From contig DAIRCK010000001.1 of assembly GCA_036796695.1 (NCBI GenBank), forward strand, positions 128,145 to 192,144: DNA of 64,000 bases, in the 5' to 3' direction. The first letter of the stretch is position 1; each line of letters opens with the position of its first letter. The DNA is from a bacterium (GTDB taxonomy: Bacteria; Hydrothermota; Tepidihabitantia; SM23-42; JAOAFX01). Both the position numbers and the translations under genes were made by a program. Below are positions 9,680 to 18,985 of the stretch, one piece after another. The notes under the pieces are model-generated. The model had not been told where the DNA came from. It was given only the letters and a program-made list of their open reading frames with translations, and made no database searches.

Positions 9680-10567
9680 ATGGCAAAAATTTTGAGTGGA
9701 ACAGAACTCGCTGAAAAGATGCGTGAAGAAATGAAACAGGAAATTGCCAGATTAAAGGAAGAACAAGGCATTGTTCCTGGTCTTGCAGTCATACTCGTCG
9801 GTGATAACCCTGCCTCAATCTCTTATGTGAAGGGAAAAGAAAAAGCCTGTGCTGAAATAGGAATTATATCCAGAGAATATAAATTCGATGCGGACTATGG
9901 GGAAGAAAAACTTTTAAAACTCATTGAGGACCTAAATAACGATTCTGCTATACATGGGATATTAGTGCAACTTCCTCTTCCTGACCACATAAATGAAGAA
10001 AAGGTTCTCTATGCAATAGACCCGAACAAGGATGTTGATGGATTCCATCCTGTGAATGTGGGGAAATTAATGATAGGTGTTGATTGTTTTCTACCCTGCA
10101 CACCCCATGGAATACAGCAATTATTGATCCGCAATGGTATTGAAATTTCAGGAAAGCATGTCGTAATTGTTGGAAGGAGTAATATCGTTGGCAAACCACT
10201 GGCAATGATGCTTGTCCAGAAAAAACCAGGGGCAAATGCCACAGTTACAATGTGCCATACAGGGACAAAGAATATGGGAGAATACACAAAACAGGCAGAT
10301 ATACTCATTGTTGCGGCAGGTAGACCCCATACAGTAAATGGCGATATGGTGAAAGAAGGTGCAGTCGTGATAGATGTAGGCGTGAATAGGATAGAAGATC
10401 CAACAAAGAAGAGTGGATTCAGATTAATCGGTGATGTAGAATTTGAAGAGGTCAGTAAAAAGGCGAGCGCAATATCACCTGTCCCTGGTGGGGTCGGTCC
10501 TATGACGATAACGATGTTATTATATAATACAATACTTTCGGCAAAAAGGCATTCAGGGATTGCATAA
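9680..10567 (+). CDS. folD: Bifunctional 5,10-methylene-THF dehydrogenase / methenyl-THF cyclohydrolase.
   Basis: Begins 'MAKILSGTELAEKMREE', with 'YVKGKEKAC', 'VGRSNIVGKPLAMML' and 'PVPGGVGPMTI'. An AGGAGA RBS lies 6 nt upstream of the ATG at 9680. Confidence 0.9.
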   Translation: MAKILSGTELAEKMREEMKQEIARLKEEQGIVPGLAVILVGDNPASISYVKGKEKACAEIGIISREYKFDADYGEEKLLKLIEDLNNDSAIHGILVQLPLPDHINEEKVLYAIDPNKDVDGFHPVNVGKLMIGVDCFLPCTPHGIQQLLIRNGIEISGKHVVIVGRSNIVGKPLAMMLVQKKPGANATVTMCHTGTKNMGEYTKQADILIVAAGRPHTVNGDMVKEGAVVIDVGVNRIEDPTKKSGFRLIGDVEFEEVSKKASAISPVPGGVGPMTITMLLYNTILSAKRHSGIA

Positions 10568-11587
10568 ATGCTCAATTTCAAAACCATAGAATATGATTCA
10601 AAGAAAAATGAAATAGTAATACTTGACCAGACAAGGCTCCCTGAAAAAGAAGTTTATCTCCGTCTCAAAAATATAAAAGATGTTTATAATGCAATAAAAA
10701 CATTGAAGGTGCGAGGTGCACCATTGATTGGAGTTGTGGCTGGATATGGTTTGGTTCTTTCTGCATACACAAACTCTTATAAAAAAGTAATCCAGGATGC
10801 GGAATATTTAAAATCTGCCCGACCCACTGCAGTCAATCTTTCCTGGGCAGTTGAAAGAATGAAGAAATGTATAGAAAAAAATAGAAATGATATATACACC
10901 AATCTCTTGAAAGAAGCAAGGGTAATTGAGAAAGAAGACAAAGATTCCTGCAAAAAAATAGGACTTTTTGGTGCAAAAATCATAAAAAATTCCAGTAAAA
11001 TAATGGTCCATTGCAATGCAGGTGCCCTGGCAACGAGTGGAATAGGAACTGCACTGGGCATACTTTATACTGCAAAGGAAATGGGAAAGAAATTTACTGT
11101 CTATTCCTGTGAAACAAGACCGCTTTTACAGGGTGCAAGGCTCACAACCTGGGAATTAACCAAAAATGGTATAGAAACATACGCAATCTGTGATAATATG
11201 GCAGCCACTTATATGCCTGAAATGGATTTGGTCCTTGTGGGTGCTGACCGTATTGCCCAGAATGGAGACACTGCCAACAAAATTGGAACCAGGGGTCTGG
11301 CGATCATTGCAAAATATTATAGAGTGCCATTCTATGTTGCTGCTCCAATCTCCACTTTTGATTTTGGCATAAAATCCGGCGGTGAAATACCAATTGAATT
11401 TCGCTGTGCAGATGAAATATATTATTTTAACAACAGATGTATTGTGTCAAAAAAAGCAAAGGTCTGGAATCCTGCCTTTGATGTCACACCAGCGGAATTG
11501 ATCACAGGGATTATAACAGAAATGGGTATAGTGAAAAGACCATTGAACAAAAATATAAGGTTACTAAAACAAAATATAAAAAACTGA
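10568..11587 (+). CDS. mtnA: S-methyl-5-thioribose-1-phosphate isomerase (MtnA, eIF-2B alpha/beta/delta family).
   Basis: Family motifs 'LDQTRLP', 'VRGAPLIGVVAGYG', 'ARPTAVNL' and 'TRPLLQGARLT'. Confidence 0.7.
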   Translation: MLNFKTIEYDSKKNEIVILDQTRLPEKEVYLRLKNIKDVYNAIKTLKVRGAPLIGVVAGYGLVLSAYTNSYKKVIQDAEYLKSARPTAVNLSWAVERMKKCIEKNRNDIYTNLLKEARVIEKEDKDSCKKIGLFGAKIIKNSSKIMVHCNAGALATSGIGTALGILYTAKEMGKKFTVYSCETRPLLQGARLTTWELTKNGIETYAICDNMAATYMPEMDLVLVGADRIAQNGDTANKIGTRGLAIIAKYYRVPFYVAAPISTFDFGIKSGGEIPIEFRCADEIYYFNNRCIVSKKAKVWNPAFDVTPAELITGIITEMGIVKRPLNKNIRLLKQNIKN

Positions 11588-12370
11588 TCAATTTTTCTTG
11601 TTCAGGACTTCCATCATCTGCCTGTGTATATAGCCATTCGTTCCCAGAACCTCTTTACCATATATATCAAATGGTTTACCTTTAAAATCGGTTATCTTCC
11701 CGCCTGCCTCTTTTAAAATTAGATAACCTGCTGCCTGATCCCAGGGTGAGAGTTTGATCTCCCAGTAACCATCAAATCTTCCACAGGCTGTATAACATAG
11801 ATCGAGTGCTGCTGAACCAAGCCTTCTCACTGCCTGGGCAGTTACACAGAATCGTGCAAAATAATCAAGATTATTCTCTTTGCTCACCCGGATATCATAA
11901 GGGAATCCAGTCACAAGTAGGCTCTTACCGAGTTTCTTTGTCTTTGATACATATATTTTTTTTCCATTTAAAAATGAACCCCTGCCTTTGATTGCTGAAA
12001 ATAACTCCTTTCTTGATGGGTCATAAACAATACCGAGCACAATCTCAGTTTCTACCTCAAGTCCAATAGATATTGCCCATATTGGTAGATTATGGGCAAA
12101 ATTTGTCGTTCCATCAAGTGGATCAAGAAGCCATTTTATTTTTTTGTGGGTATCATAACTGATATTTTCTTCACTTAAAATACCGTAATCCGGAAACTCT
12201 TTTTTCAAATAATTCACAATATTCTTCTGGGCAATATTATCAAACTGTGTGACAAGATTTACTGCACCCTTGTAAGATATTCTTTTTTTCCGATTTGAAA
12301 GATGATAGATGTAATCTCCAGTCTCTACAATAATCTTTATTGTCTTTACAAGTATTTTATTCAGGTCCAT
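11588..12370 (-). CDS. suhB: Inositol monophosphatase-family protein (SuhB/ImpA-like).
   Basis: 'WLLDPLDGTTNFAHNLPIWAISIGL' and 'WDQAAG' metal-binding motifs. Confidence 0.8.
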   Translation of the reverse strand: MDLNKILVKTIKIIVETGDYIYHLSNRKKRISYKGAVNLVTQFDNIAQKNIVNYLKKEFPDYGILSEENISYDTHKKIKWLLDPLDGTTNFAHNLPIWAISIGLEVETEIVLGIVYDPSRKELFSAIKGRGSFLNGKKIYVSKTKKLGKSLLVTGFPYDIRVSKENNLDYFARFCVTAQAVRRLGSAALDLCYTACGRFDGYWEIKLSPWDQAAGYLILKEAGGKITDFKGKPFDIYGKEVLGTNGYIHRQMMEVLNKKN

Positions 12371-13229
12371 TTTTGTTCTGCTTTTTTAAAATCCTTTCCG
12401 GCTCAATTATCGGCTTTATCTTTTCTGCTTCTTCAAAAGCAAGTTTTCCATATTTTGAGTCTTTATCAATCTTTATACATTTTTCAAAATCTTCAACTGC
12501 CTTGCGAAATTCGTATCTTTTTAATTCCGCAAGTCCTAAATAATAGTATGCTTCCTGGAGATTGGGTCCAAGTTTTAACGCCTCTTCAAAAAATCTTACG
12601 GCATCTGTAACCATTCCCCGCTCATAATATACCAATCCTAAATAAAAATTGGCATAGAGCCTTGCCATTCTATCTTTGGTCTGTTTTGTGACCTTGCTCA
12701 AATGCTCAATCGCCTCACCCCAGATTCCCTTTTTATAACATATAAATCCAAGATTGTTTAAGGCAAATGGATTCCCTGGTTCAATCAACAAAACCTTCTG
12801 GAAATAGAGCATAGCCTCGTCATAGAGTTCTTTATTCATCAGCACCAGGCCACTCAATCCAAGTGCCCGGGTGTTTTTCGGGTCAATTTCAAGCGCCTTT
12901 TTCAAAAAACCCATTGCCTCATCATAATCTTCCATAACAATCAGATTCCAGGCACGGTCAAGGAGTGTAGCAAGGTCAAGTTCTGGTGAGGTGCGTGCCT
13001 TTATAAATGAATAGAATCTATCCATATCTACCTTACTCGTCTTACGGTTCCGGAAATTCTGGGCAATCTGTCTCAATTCATCCTGTGCCTGATTTAGATA
13101 TTTAATATTATTAGCGATTTCAATATACACATTTTTTATCATATCTTTTATCATCTGCTCTTTATCCGGGGTGTATTCCTTTATCAGATTTTTCAATTCT
13201 TCAAGTTTCTTCTTAATTTCATCCATCAT
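12357..13229 (-). CDS. TPR-repeat protein.
   Basis: Multiple 34-aa TPR units (W-LG-Y...A...F...A). Overlaps suhB by 14 nt and cheB by 4 nt, indicating an operon. Confidence 0.65.
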   Translation of the reverse strand: MMDEIKKKLEELKNLIKEYTPDKEQMIKDMIKNVYIEIANNIKYLNQAQDELRQIAQNFRNRKTSKVDMDRFYSFIKARTSPELDLATLLDRAWNLIVMEDYDEAMGFLKKALEIDPKNTRALGLSGLVLMNKELYDEAMLYFQKVLLIEPGNPFALNNLGFICYKKGIWGEAIEHLSKVTKQTKDRMARLYANFYLGLVYYERGMVTDAVRFFEEALKLGPNLQEAYYYLGLAELKRYEFRKAVEDFEKCIKIDKDSKYGKLAFEEAEKIKPIIEPERILKKQNKNGPE

Positions 13230-14236
13230 AATACCGCCATTTCAGTCAATTTTTTTAAAATGAGATGCAGGGGTAAAACATAATCAACAGCACCTGCATC
13301 AATTGCAGATTGAGGCATACTTGCGATCGTTGCTTCTGCAGGTTCCTGGGCAATAGTTATACCACCAAATTGTTTTATCTTCAATAACCCCTTTGTTCCA
13401 TCATGCCCCATTCCGGTGAGAACAATTCCCATTGCCTTATCTTTAAATACATCCGCCATTGATTCAAAAAGATAATCCGCACAGGGTTTTAATCCATACC
13501 TTGGAGATTCATCAGTTAATATAACTGATTTACCAGAAGGATGTATCTTTATATGACTACCCCCGGGTGCAATCAAAACTGTGTCGGGCAATATCTGATC
13601 GTTTTGTGCTGCTTCTTTAATATTAAGAATTGATTTTTCATTTAGGTGCAGTGCCAGACTCGCAGTAAAGAATTTTGGCATATGCTGGACAACGATAATT
13701 TTATAACCTGAATCTTTTCTTAAAGATGAGAGTAAAAAATTCAAAGCCTTCACACCACCTGTGGACGATGCAATTCCGATTATAAAATCAACTTTTTTTA
13801 AACCAGGGGTTACTTGAGGAATGGATACAAATGAACGGAGATTTGCCTGTGCAACATATCTCAATTTTTGGATCAATTCTTCTTTAAAATCATAAAGATC
13901 AATAGAGATAGGACCTGATGGTTTTGGGAAAAAATCGACTGCACCGAGATTAAGGGAATTTATGGTAACTTCTGCGCCTTTGTGTGTATGTGCAGAGAGC
14001 ATCAGAACCGGTGTCGGTCTAATCGACATAATCCTTTGAAGAAATACAAGGCCATTCTCTCCGGGCAGTTCATAATCCAGGGTAATGACATCGGGTTTGG
14101 ATTTATTAAACTTTGCCCATGCCTCATCAACATTTCTTGCATATCCACAGATTTCAAATTCACCAGAAGATTGAATAATATCTCCTATCACCCTTTGCAT
14201 CAATACAGAATCTTCAACAATCAATACCTTCTTCAT
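13226..14236 (-). CDS. cheB: Chemotaxis response regulator protein-glutamate methylesterase.
   Basis: N-terminal REC domain ('VLIVEDSVLMQRVI...DVITLDYELPGENGL') and a C-terminal CheB methylesterase domain ('IGIASSTGG', 'HMPKFFT', 'VLTGMGHDG'). Confidence 0.85.
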   Translation of the reverse strand: MKKVLIVEDSVLMQRVIGDIIQSSGEFEICGYARNVDEAWAKFNKSKPDVITLDYELPGENGLVFLQRIMSIRPTPVLMLSAHTHKGAEVTINSLNLGAVDFFPKPSGPISIDLYDFKEELIQKLRYVAQANLRSFVSIPQVTPGLKKVDFIIGIASSTGGVKALNFLLSSLRKDSGYKIIVVQHMPKFFTASLALHLNEKSILNIKEAAQNDQILPDTVLIAPGGSHIKIHPSGKSVILTDESPRYGLKPCADYLFESMADVFKDKAMGIVLTGMGHDGTKGLLKIKQFGGITIAQEPAEATIASMPQSAIDAGAVDYVLPLHLILKKLTEMAVL

Positions 14237-14239
14237 ACC

Positions 14240-14701
14240 CTATATCTTCTTTTCCCCATGGCGATAAGATTTTATCAAAACCTCACCGGTGCTGACATCA
14301 AAGAAAATTGTTCTTCCCCAGTTTCCGTGCACATCCTCACCAACAATTGGTATTGAATGTCTTCGCAGTTGCTCCTTTGTTTCAATGACATTCCTTTCAC
14401 CGATTGAAGTTTGTAATAATTCACCAAACATTGTTGAACCACCTGCTATCTTTGCAACAATCTGATTTTGTTCAATACCCATCTCAGAAAAATGTCTGAG
14501 TAATTCCTCAATCGCACCCTTAGGATGTTTGAAACTACCATCTGCACCATGGGGCAAAAGAATGTGTGCTAATCCACCGGTGCGGGTTTTTGGTTCATAT
14601 AGTGCAAGAACCACACAGGAACCAACACCATATGCAGAAAGTATTGCCTCTCCCCTGACAACCTTTACTTCACCAATACCAACCTTGATTTCAGTCGCCA
14701 T
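14240..14701 (-). CDS. cheD: Chemoreceptor glutamine deamidase.
   Basis: 'LSAYGVGSCVVLALYEPKTRTGGLAHILLP' is the CheD signature, with the catalytic Cys in the GSC motif. Confidence 0.8.
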   Translation of the reverse strand: MATEIKVGIGEVKVVRGEAILSAYGVGSCVVLALYEPKTRTGGLAHILLPHGADGSFKHPKGAIEELLRHFSEMGIEQNQIVAKIAGGSTMFGELLQTSIGERNVIETKEQLRRHSIPIVGEDVHGNWGRTIFFDVSTGEVLIKSYRHGEKKI

Positions 14702-14724
14702 AATTTATAATCTCTAATGTATTA

Positions 14725-15510
14725 TCATAAGGCAATCTTCTTGTACACACGTTCTGTCCTATTCACAATATTAAAAAATTTTGCCTCAGGAATACCAAGG
14801 AGCAATTCAACCTTACCGATAACGAGATAACCACCGGGTCTGAGAGTTTCGTAAAACCTGTGGACAAGTTCAGATTGAGCATCCCTGCTCATATAGATCA
14901 AGACATTACGGCACATAATCAGATCACAGGGTCCGTGCGGAAAATTATCAAACAAATCAAGATGGAAGAACTTTACAATTGATTTTATATTATCCTTAAT
15001 TCTATAATCTCCATTATATTTTACAAAATATTTTTTTAGATATTCTGATGGTGTATATTGGAATGCGGTTATTGGATAGATCCCCTGTTCAGCCTTATTT
15101 AGCGCATCATCATCAATATCGGTTGCATAAATTATCGTCTTTTCTATAATAGCTGTTTCAGAGGCCATCATTGCCAGAGAATATGCCTCTTCACCCTGGG
15201 CACAACCCGCACTCCATAAAATCACTTTTTCATTTTTAGCAAATTCAGGCAAAATATCCGTCTTTATATACTCAAATGTCTCAAAGTTTCTAAAAAAATA
15301 TGAAAGGTTTATCGTAATGGTACTGAGTAGTTTTTTAAGTTCTTCAGGATTTTTATTGAGATAGTCATAATACTGAGAAAATTCATTCAATCCAAGTGCA
15401 CGCATCCTCACCCTTATTCGTCTGGTCAGAGGTCTTTCTTTATAACTGTGACATTTAAAACCTGTCTTCTCCTCAATTAATTTTATCAAATTCTGGAAAT
15501 TATGTTCCAC
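14725..15510 (-). CDS. cheR: Chemotaxis protein-glutamate O-methyltransferase.
   Basis: CheR N-terminal helical domain ('TGFKCHSYKERPLTRRI', 'FFRNFETFE') and SAM-methyltransferase domain ('ILWSAGCAQGEEAYSLAM', 'IMCRNVLIY'). Confidence 0.85.
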   Translation of the reverse strand: MEHNFQNLIKLIEEKTGFKCHSYKERPLTRRIRVRMRALGLNEFSQYYDYLNKNPEELKKLLSTITINLSYFFRNFETFEYIKTDILPEFAKNEKVILWSAGCAQGEEAYSLAMMASETAIIEKTIIYATDIDDDALNKAEQGIYPITAFQYTPSEYLKKYFVKYNGDYRIKDNIKSIVKFFHLDLFDNFPHGPCDLIMCRNVLIYMSRDAQSELVHRFYETLRPGGYLVIGKVELLLGIPEAKFFNIVNRTERVYKKIAL

Positions 15511-17086
15511 GAGACTTTTTCAGCAATTCAATGTTCTGGGTAATTATGGTATTGGTGGGGTTTAAATCTTTTGCCTTTTCCCAGTTATTTAAGGCACCAT
15601 CAGCATCACCGAGTCTCATCAATATATTTCCTAATTTAAATAATACTTCCCAGTCCTTTTCTTCTTCTGGAATTTTCTCGTAGAACTCCTTTGCCGCGCC
15701 AAGAATCTGGGATTCATAATAGAAATCAGCAAGGTTTCTGCAGATCTTATTATTCTGTGGTTCATCGTTTATTGCCTGACGATAAAGACGCTCCGCTTCT
15801 TCAGGTAAATCGAGTGATTCATAAATGACTGCAAGATTATTTTTAAAAAGGGCAAGGCGTGGAAATTTATCAATACATTCCTTGAGAAAATCAACCGCTT
15901 TCTTTACATCATTTAATTTTATGTATATTAAAGGCAGATAAATGTAAGGGGTGATAAATTCCGGTTTTTTTTCAATTACTCTTTTAAATAAACTCTGTGC
16001 CCCATCTAAATCATTCTGGTTGAACAAGACAATACCTAAATTACAATTTATCCGCGGATCATCCGGCGACAACTCAAGGGCTTGATTAAGATAGATCTTT
16101 GCCTGTTCAAAAATTCCCAATTTATTATACAAATAACCTAAATTGTTTAATATGGCTGGATTTTTTTCTACTTCTCCTGCCTTTTTCAAAAACTCCTCAG
16201 CCTTTTCAGGATAATTCCTTCTCAATTCAATGAGACCACAATACATTAAAGACTCTGCGTTATCAGGCGCTATCTCCAATACCTTCCTGAATTCCCGTTC
16301 GGCTTCATCATACATCCCGGTTTTGAAAAAGGCGAATCCAAGATTTTTATATTCATTTACATCACCAATTGCCTTTTTTGCAATCTCGGTCTTTTCGGGT
16401 TTTTCGACAATACCGGCTGAAATCAAAGCATATATTGTGCGACAGGTCTCAAAAAAATCAAATTCGGATAACTTCAAAATATCATCAATGGTGCGATTTC
16501 CATCAATCAATTGAAGTATCTTCAATTCTTCTTCAGTCAGTGGAATCTCGCTGTAATCCTTTTTTACTGCAAGAATTGACTCAAATGAAGGTAATCTTTT
16601 TTCAAGTTTACGCCATTCATCAATTCGCCTCGCACCTTCAAGTAAGAGTTCCTGGGGTGATAACTGCACAAGAAATTCTTCGCTTCCGGGTAATAAATCA
16701 GCCTCAAAATTGAAATATCCTGTCTCCCAGGTAAGCATCGTAAATATCGTTTCTGCTATTTGATTTGCAAGTTCTTTCTCAAGGATTTCTTTTGTAATAT
16801 ATCCATTTTCAACCAGGATTTCTCCTATCCTCTTATTTGTCTTCTTCTGTTCTTCAAGTGCTGATTTCAAAATAGATTCTTCAATCACCTGTTTGCGTAA
16901 AAGAATATCACCCAGGCGGTCCTTTCTATTCAATAATGTAGCATAGATAATCTTCCCATCTTTGATAAAGATATTCCCAAAATTCTTTCCATCAGTAACA
17001 GAAAGACAACCCGACCTCAAAGAAAAACTCAAAAGCTGAATGACATCAGGCAGGCTGGCTTCGCTTAATGAACCTTTTATAGCCAT
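15500..17086 (-). CDS. DUF4388 (PatA-N-terminal/PATAN-like) domain protein with C-terminal TPR repeats.
   Basis: The N-terminal ~100 aa ('GSLSEASLPDVIQLLSFSLRSGCLSVTDGKNFGNIFIKDGKIIYATLLNRKDRLGDILLRK') fit the DUF4388 pattern. The C-terminal half contains about 7 TPR units. Confidence 0.6.
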   Translation of the reverse strand: MAIKGSLSEASLPDVIQLLSFSLRSGCLSVTDGKNFGNIFIKDGKIIYATLLNRKDRLGDILLRKQVIEESILKSALEEQKKTNKRIGEILVENGYITKEILEKELANQIAETIFTMLTWETGYFNFEADLLPGSEEFLVQLSPQELLLEGARRIDEWRKLEKRLPSFESILAVKKDYSEIPLTEEELKILQLIDGNRTIDDILKLSEFDFFETCRTIYALISAGIVEKPEKTEIAKKAIGDVNEYKNLGFAFFKTGMYDEAEREFRKVLEIAPDNAESLMYCGLIELRRNYPEKAEEFLKKAGEVEKNPAILNNLGYLYNKLGIFEQAKIYLNQALELSPDDPRINCNLGIVLFNQNDLDGAQSLFKRVIEKKPEFITPYIYLPLIYIKLNDVKKAVDFLKECIDKFPRLALFKNNLAVIYESLDLPEEAERLYRQAINDEPQNNKICRNLADFYYESQILGAAKEFYEKIPEEEKDWEVLFKLGNILMRLGDADGALNNWEKAKDLNPTNTIITQNIELLKKSRGT

Positions 17087-18985
17087 TTATTCGCTCCTGG
17101 TCAAGGGCACATAATTTTCTTCAAGGAGTTCATCAGACATTTCCTGAATTATCAGGCGCTCTTCCTTTAATTTTTTAAACGGGGTTTCAACAGGCTGGGG
17201 TTGAGATTCTACCGCTGGTTCAATAACCTGAGTTATCTCCTCCTGTGGTTCTATTTTTGCAATAACTTTTTCTTCAATAACCGGCTGGATAACTTCTTCA
17301 CCCGGTAGTCCCAAACTTATGATTTCTTCTAATGGTTTTTCCTCAGAAGGGATCTGCGGCTTTCTTGAATCAATAATGAATGAATCGATTTCATTGAAAT
17401 TTTTGAACTGTGGTATCCCCTTTGTTTTCAGCAGATCATATTCTTCAGGAGAAATTTTTGATTTAAGATAAAGTTCGGTTATCTCCGGATCCGGCTCTTT
17501 TAAAATTACTTCTACGCCGAGTTGGAATATCATCTTTTCATTTTCATCAAGCACAATATCATCACCAAATGGTTCGGAAAAAATAAATACACCTTTTTCC
17601 TGTCTAATGTATTCAACAATATTCTCAATCACCCTGTTACGTAAGTCATTATCCAAAAGAAAAATCTTATGAAAATTATCAATCAATAAAACATCTTTTT
17701 CATCTTTTGCTTCAGGAAGATTCTGTATATCTTTTTCAAAATCCCATATCACTGGATTATATCCACGAAATCTTAAATCCTCTGAGATCGCCTGACAGAG
17801 GAATGTCTTTCCAGTCCCTGCACTGCCCAAAATTATATATGGATTGAATTCTTTGCCTAAGGAAGGAATTATTGTCTTTTCATAAAGTTCAACCGCGGTC
17901 CTGTTGCAATCGGTGATCCAGTAATTCTCAAAAAATTTCCTCTCCGCACCCTTCAATTTCTCTTTTATTGAATTCAGCAATGACTCAATTTCATCTATTT
18001 TGTCGGGTGAAAAAAGCATGGTCTCAATCTTCATTCCATCTTCAGGGAATTTTGAAACATCCAGGGCACCAAATTCTTTCTGTAATTCAATCAATCTTTC
18101 TACTTTTTTGATAAAAACATTATAGGCGCTGGCAAGTGTATCAATATCAGCATCAAGCAGTGGTTTTAATGCTGATGTATCAAAGCCCTTCATTTCCCAG
18201 ATATAAATTTTTTCTTTGTATTCTGTGCGTGGATCCTTGACCTCTGTGATCTCGGTGATTGCTTCATCCGCACTTTTTTTCAACTCCTCAACAAGAGAAG
18301 CAACCGGACTATATATACCCCGCGGATAAAATTCTTTTAATATCAAACGGATTGTATTTAAATCAAAAGTGATATTACCGAGTGATGCATAGGCAACCAA
18401 TCTATTCAACATTCCATCTATTGTTCTCAAAGAACCACCGGACAATTGAGTGAGTTCAAGGGCGATTTCGTCTGGAACAATAATTCCCCTTTCTTCAGAT
18501 TTCTTTTTTATAAACTCTACCAGTGCCATTTCACGGGGTGCCTGAAGATCACATACCAGACCACCTTCAATACGCGATATGACCTTCTGACCCAAATTCT
18601 TCAACTCACGGGGTGGTGCATTCCCGCTGAAGCATAATTGTTTATTTTTCGTGATTAAAATATCAATCATTGTAAGTATAGAATCCTGGAATTTTTCGCT
18701 AACCCGGTTTATATCATCAACAAATACCGCTGTATCAAACTGGGAATTTTTTTGCAAATATTCTTCAAATTCCTTAGGTGTAAAAATCAAAATATTTTCT
18801 TTTTTACTTAATTCAGTGTAAAGGGTCCATAAAAAATGGGTTTTACCATAACTACCTGTAGCATAAATATAAAGGGGATTGAATACTTCTCCCGGAAACT
18901 GGACAACCTTCTGGGCTGCCATAAATGCAACCTTATTTCCTTCATAAACATAAAAATTGTCAAAATTAAAATTCTTTTTAATCAT
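17087..18985 (-). CDS. Tandem DnaA/Hda-like AAA+ ATPase (two P-loop modules) with a C-terminal acidic Pro/Glu-rich low-complexity tail. It has no DnaA domain I or domain IV.
   Basis: Module 1 has 'FDNFYVYEGNKVAFMAAQ...NPLYIYATGSYGKTHFLWTL', 'VFVDDIN', 'LCFSGNAPPREL' and a sensor-2-like 'GSLRTIDGMLNRL'. Module 2 has 'NPYIILGSAGTGKTFLCQAI' and 'VLLIDNFHKI'. The tail is 'PQIPSEEKPLEEI...PQEEITQVIEPAVESQPQPVETP'. Confidence 0.6.
   Translation of the reverse strand: MIKKNFNFDNFYVYEGNKVAFMAAQKVVQFPGEVFNPLYIYATGSYGKTHFLWTLYTELSKKENILIFTPKEFEEYLQKNSQFDTAVFVDDINRVSEKFQDSILTMIDILITKNKQLCFSGNAPPRELKNLGQKVISRIEGGLVCDLQAPREMALVEFIKKKSEERGIIVPDEIALELTQLSGGSLRTIDGMLNRLVAYASLGNITFDLNTIRLILKEFYPRGIYSPVASLVEELKKSADEAITEITEVKDPRTEYKEKIYIWEMKGFDTSALKPLLDADIDTLASAYNVFIKKVERLIELQKEFGALDVSKFPEDGMKIETMLFSPDKIDEIESLLNSIKEKLKGAERKFFENYWITDCNRTAVELYEKTIIPSLGKEFNPYIILGSAGTGKTFLCQAISEDLRFRGYNPVIWDFEKDIQNLPEAKDEKDVLLIDNFHKIFLLDNDLRNRVIENIVEYIRQEKGVFIFSEPFGDDIVLDENEKMIFQLGVEVILKEPDPEITELYLKSKISPEEYDLLKTKGIPQFKNFNEIDSFIIDSRKPQIPSEEKPLEEIISLGLPGEEVIQPVIEEKVIAKIEPQEEITQVIEPAVESQPQPVETPFKKLKEERLIIQEMSDELLEENYVPLTRSE

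Noticed and set aside
10009-10587. 192-aa '-' ORF.
   Set aside because: Antisense to folD, which has unambiguous motifs. No independent support.
17087-18985. Possibility that the 632-aa ATPase is a bona fide DnaA, marking a replication origin.
   Set aside because: It lacks DnaA domain I and the C-terminal DnaA-box HTH (domain IV). No DnaA-box clusters or dnaN are adjacent. Its context is signalling genes, not the dnaA-dnaN-recF set.
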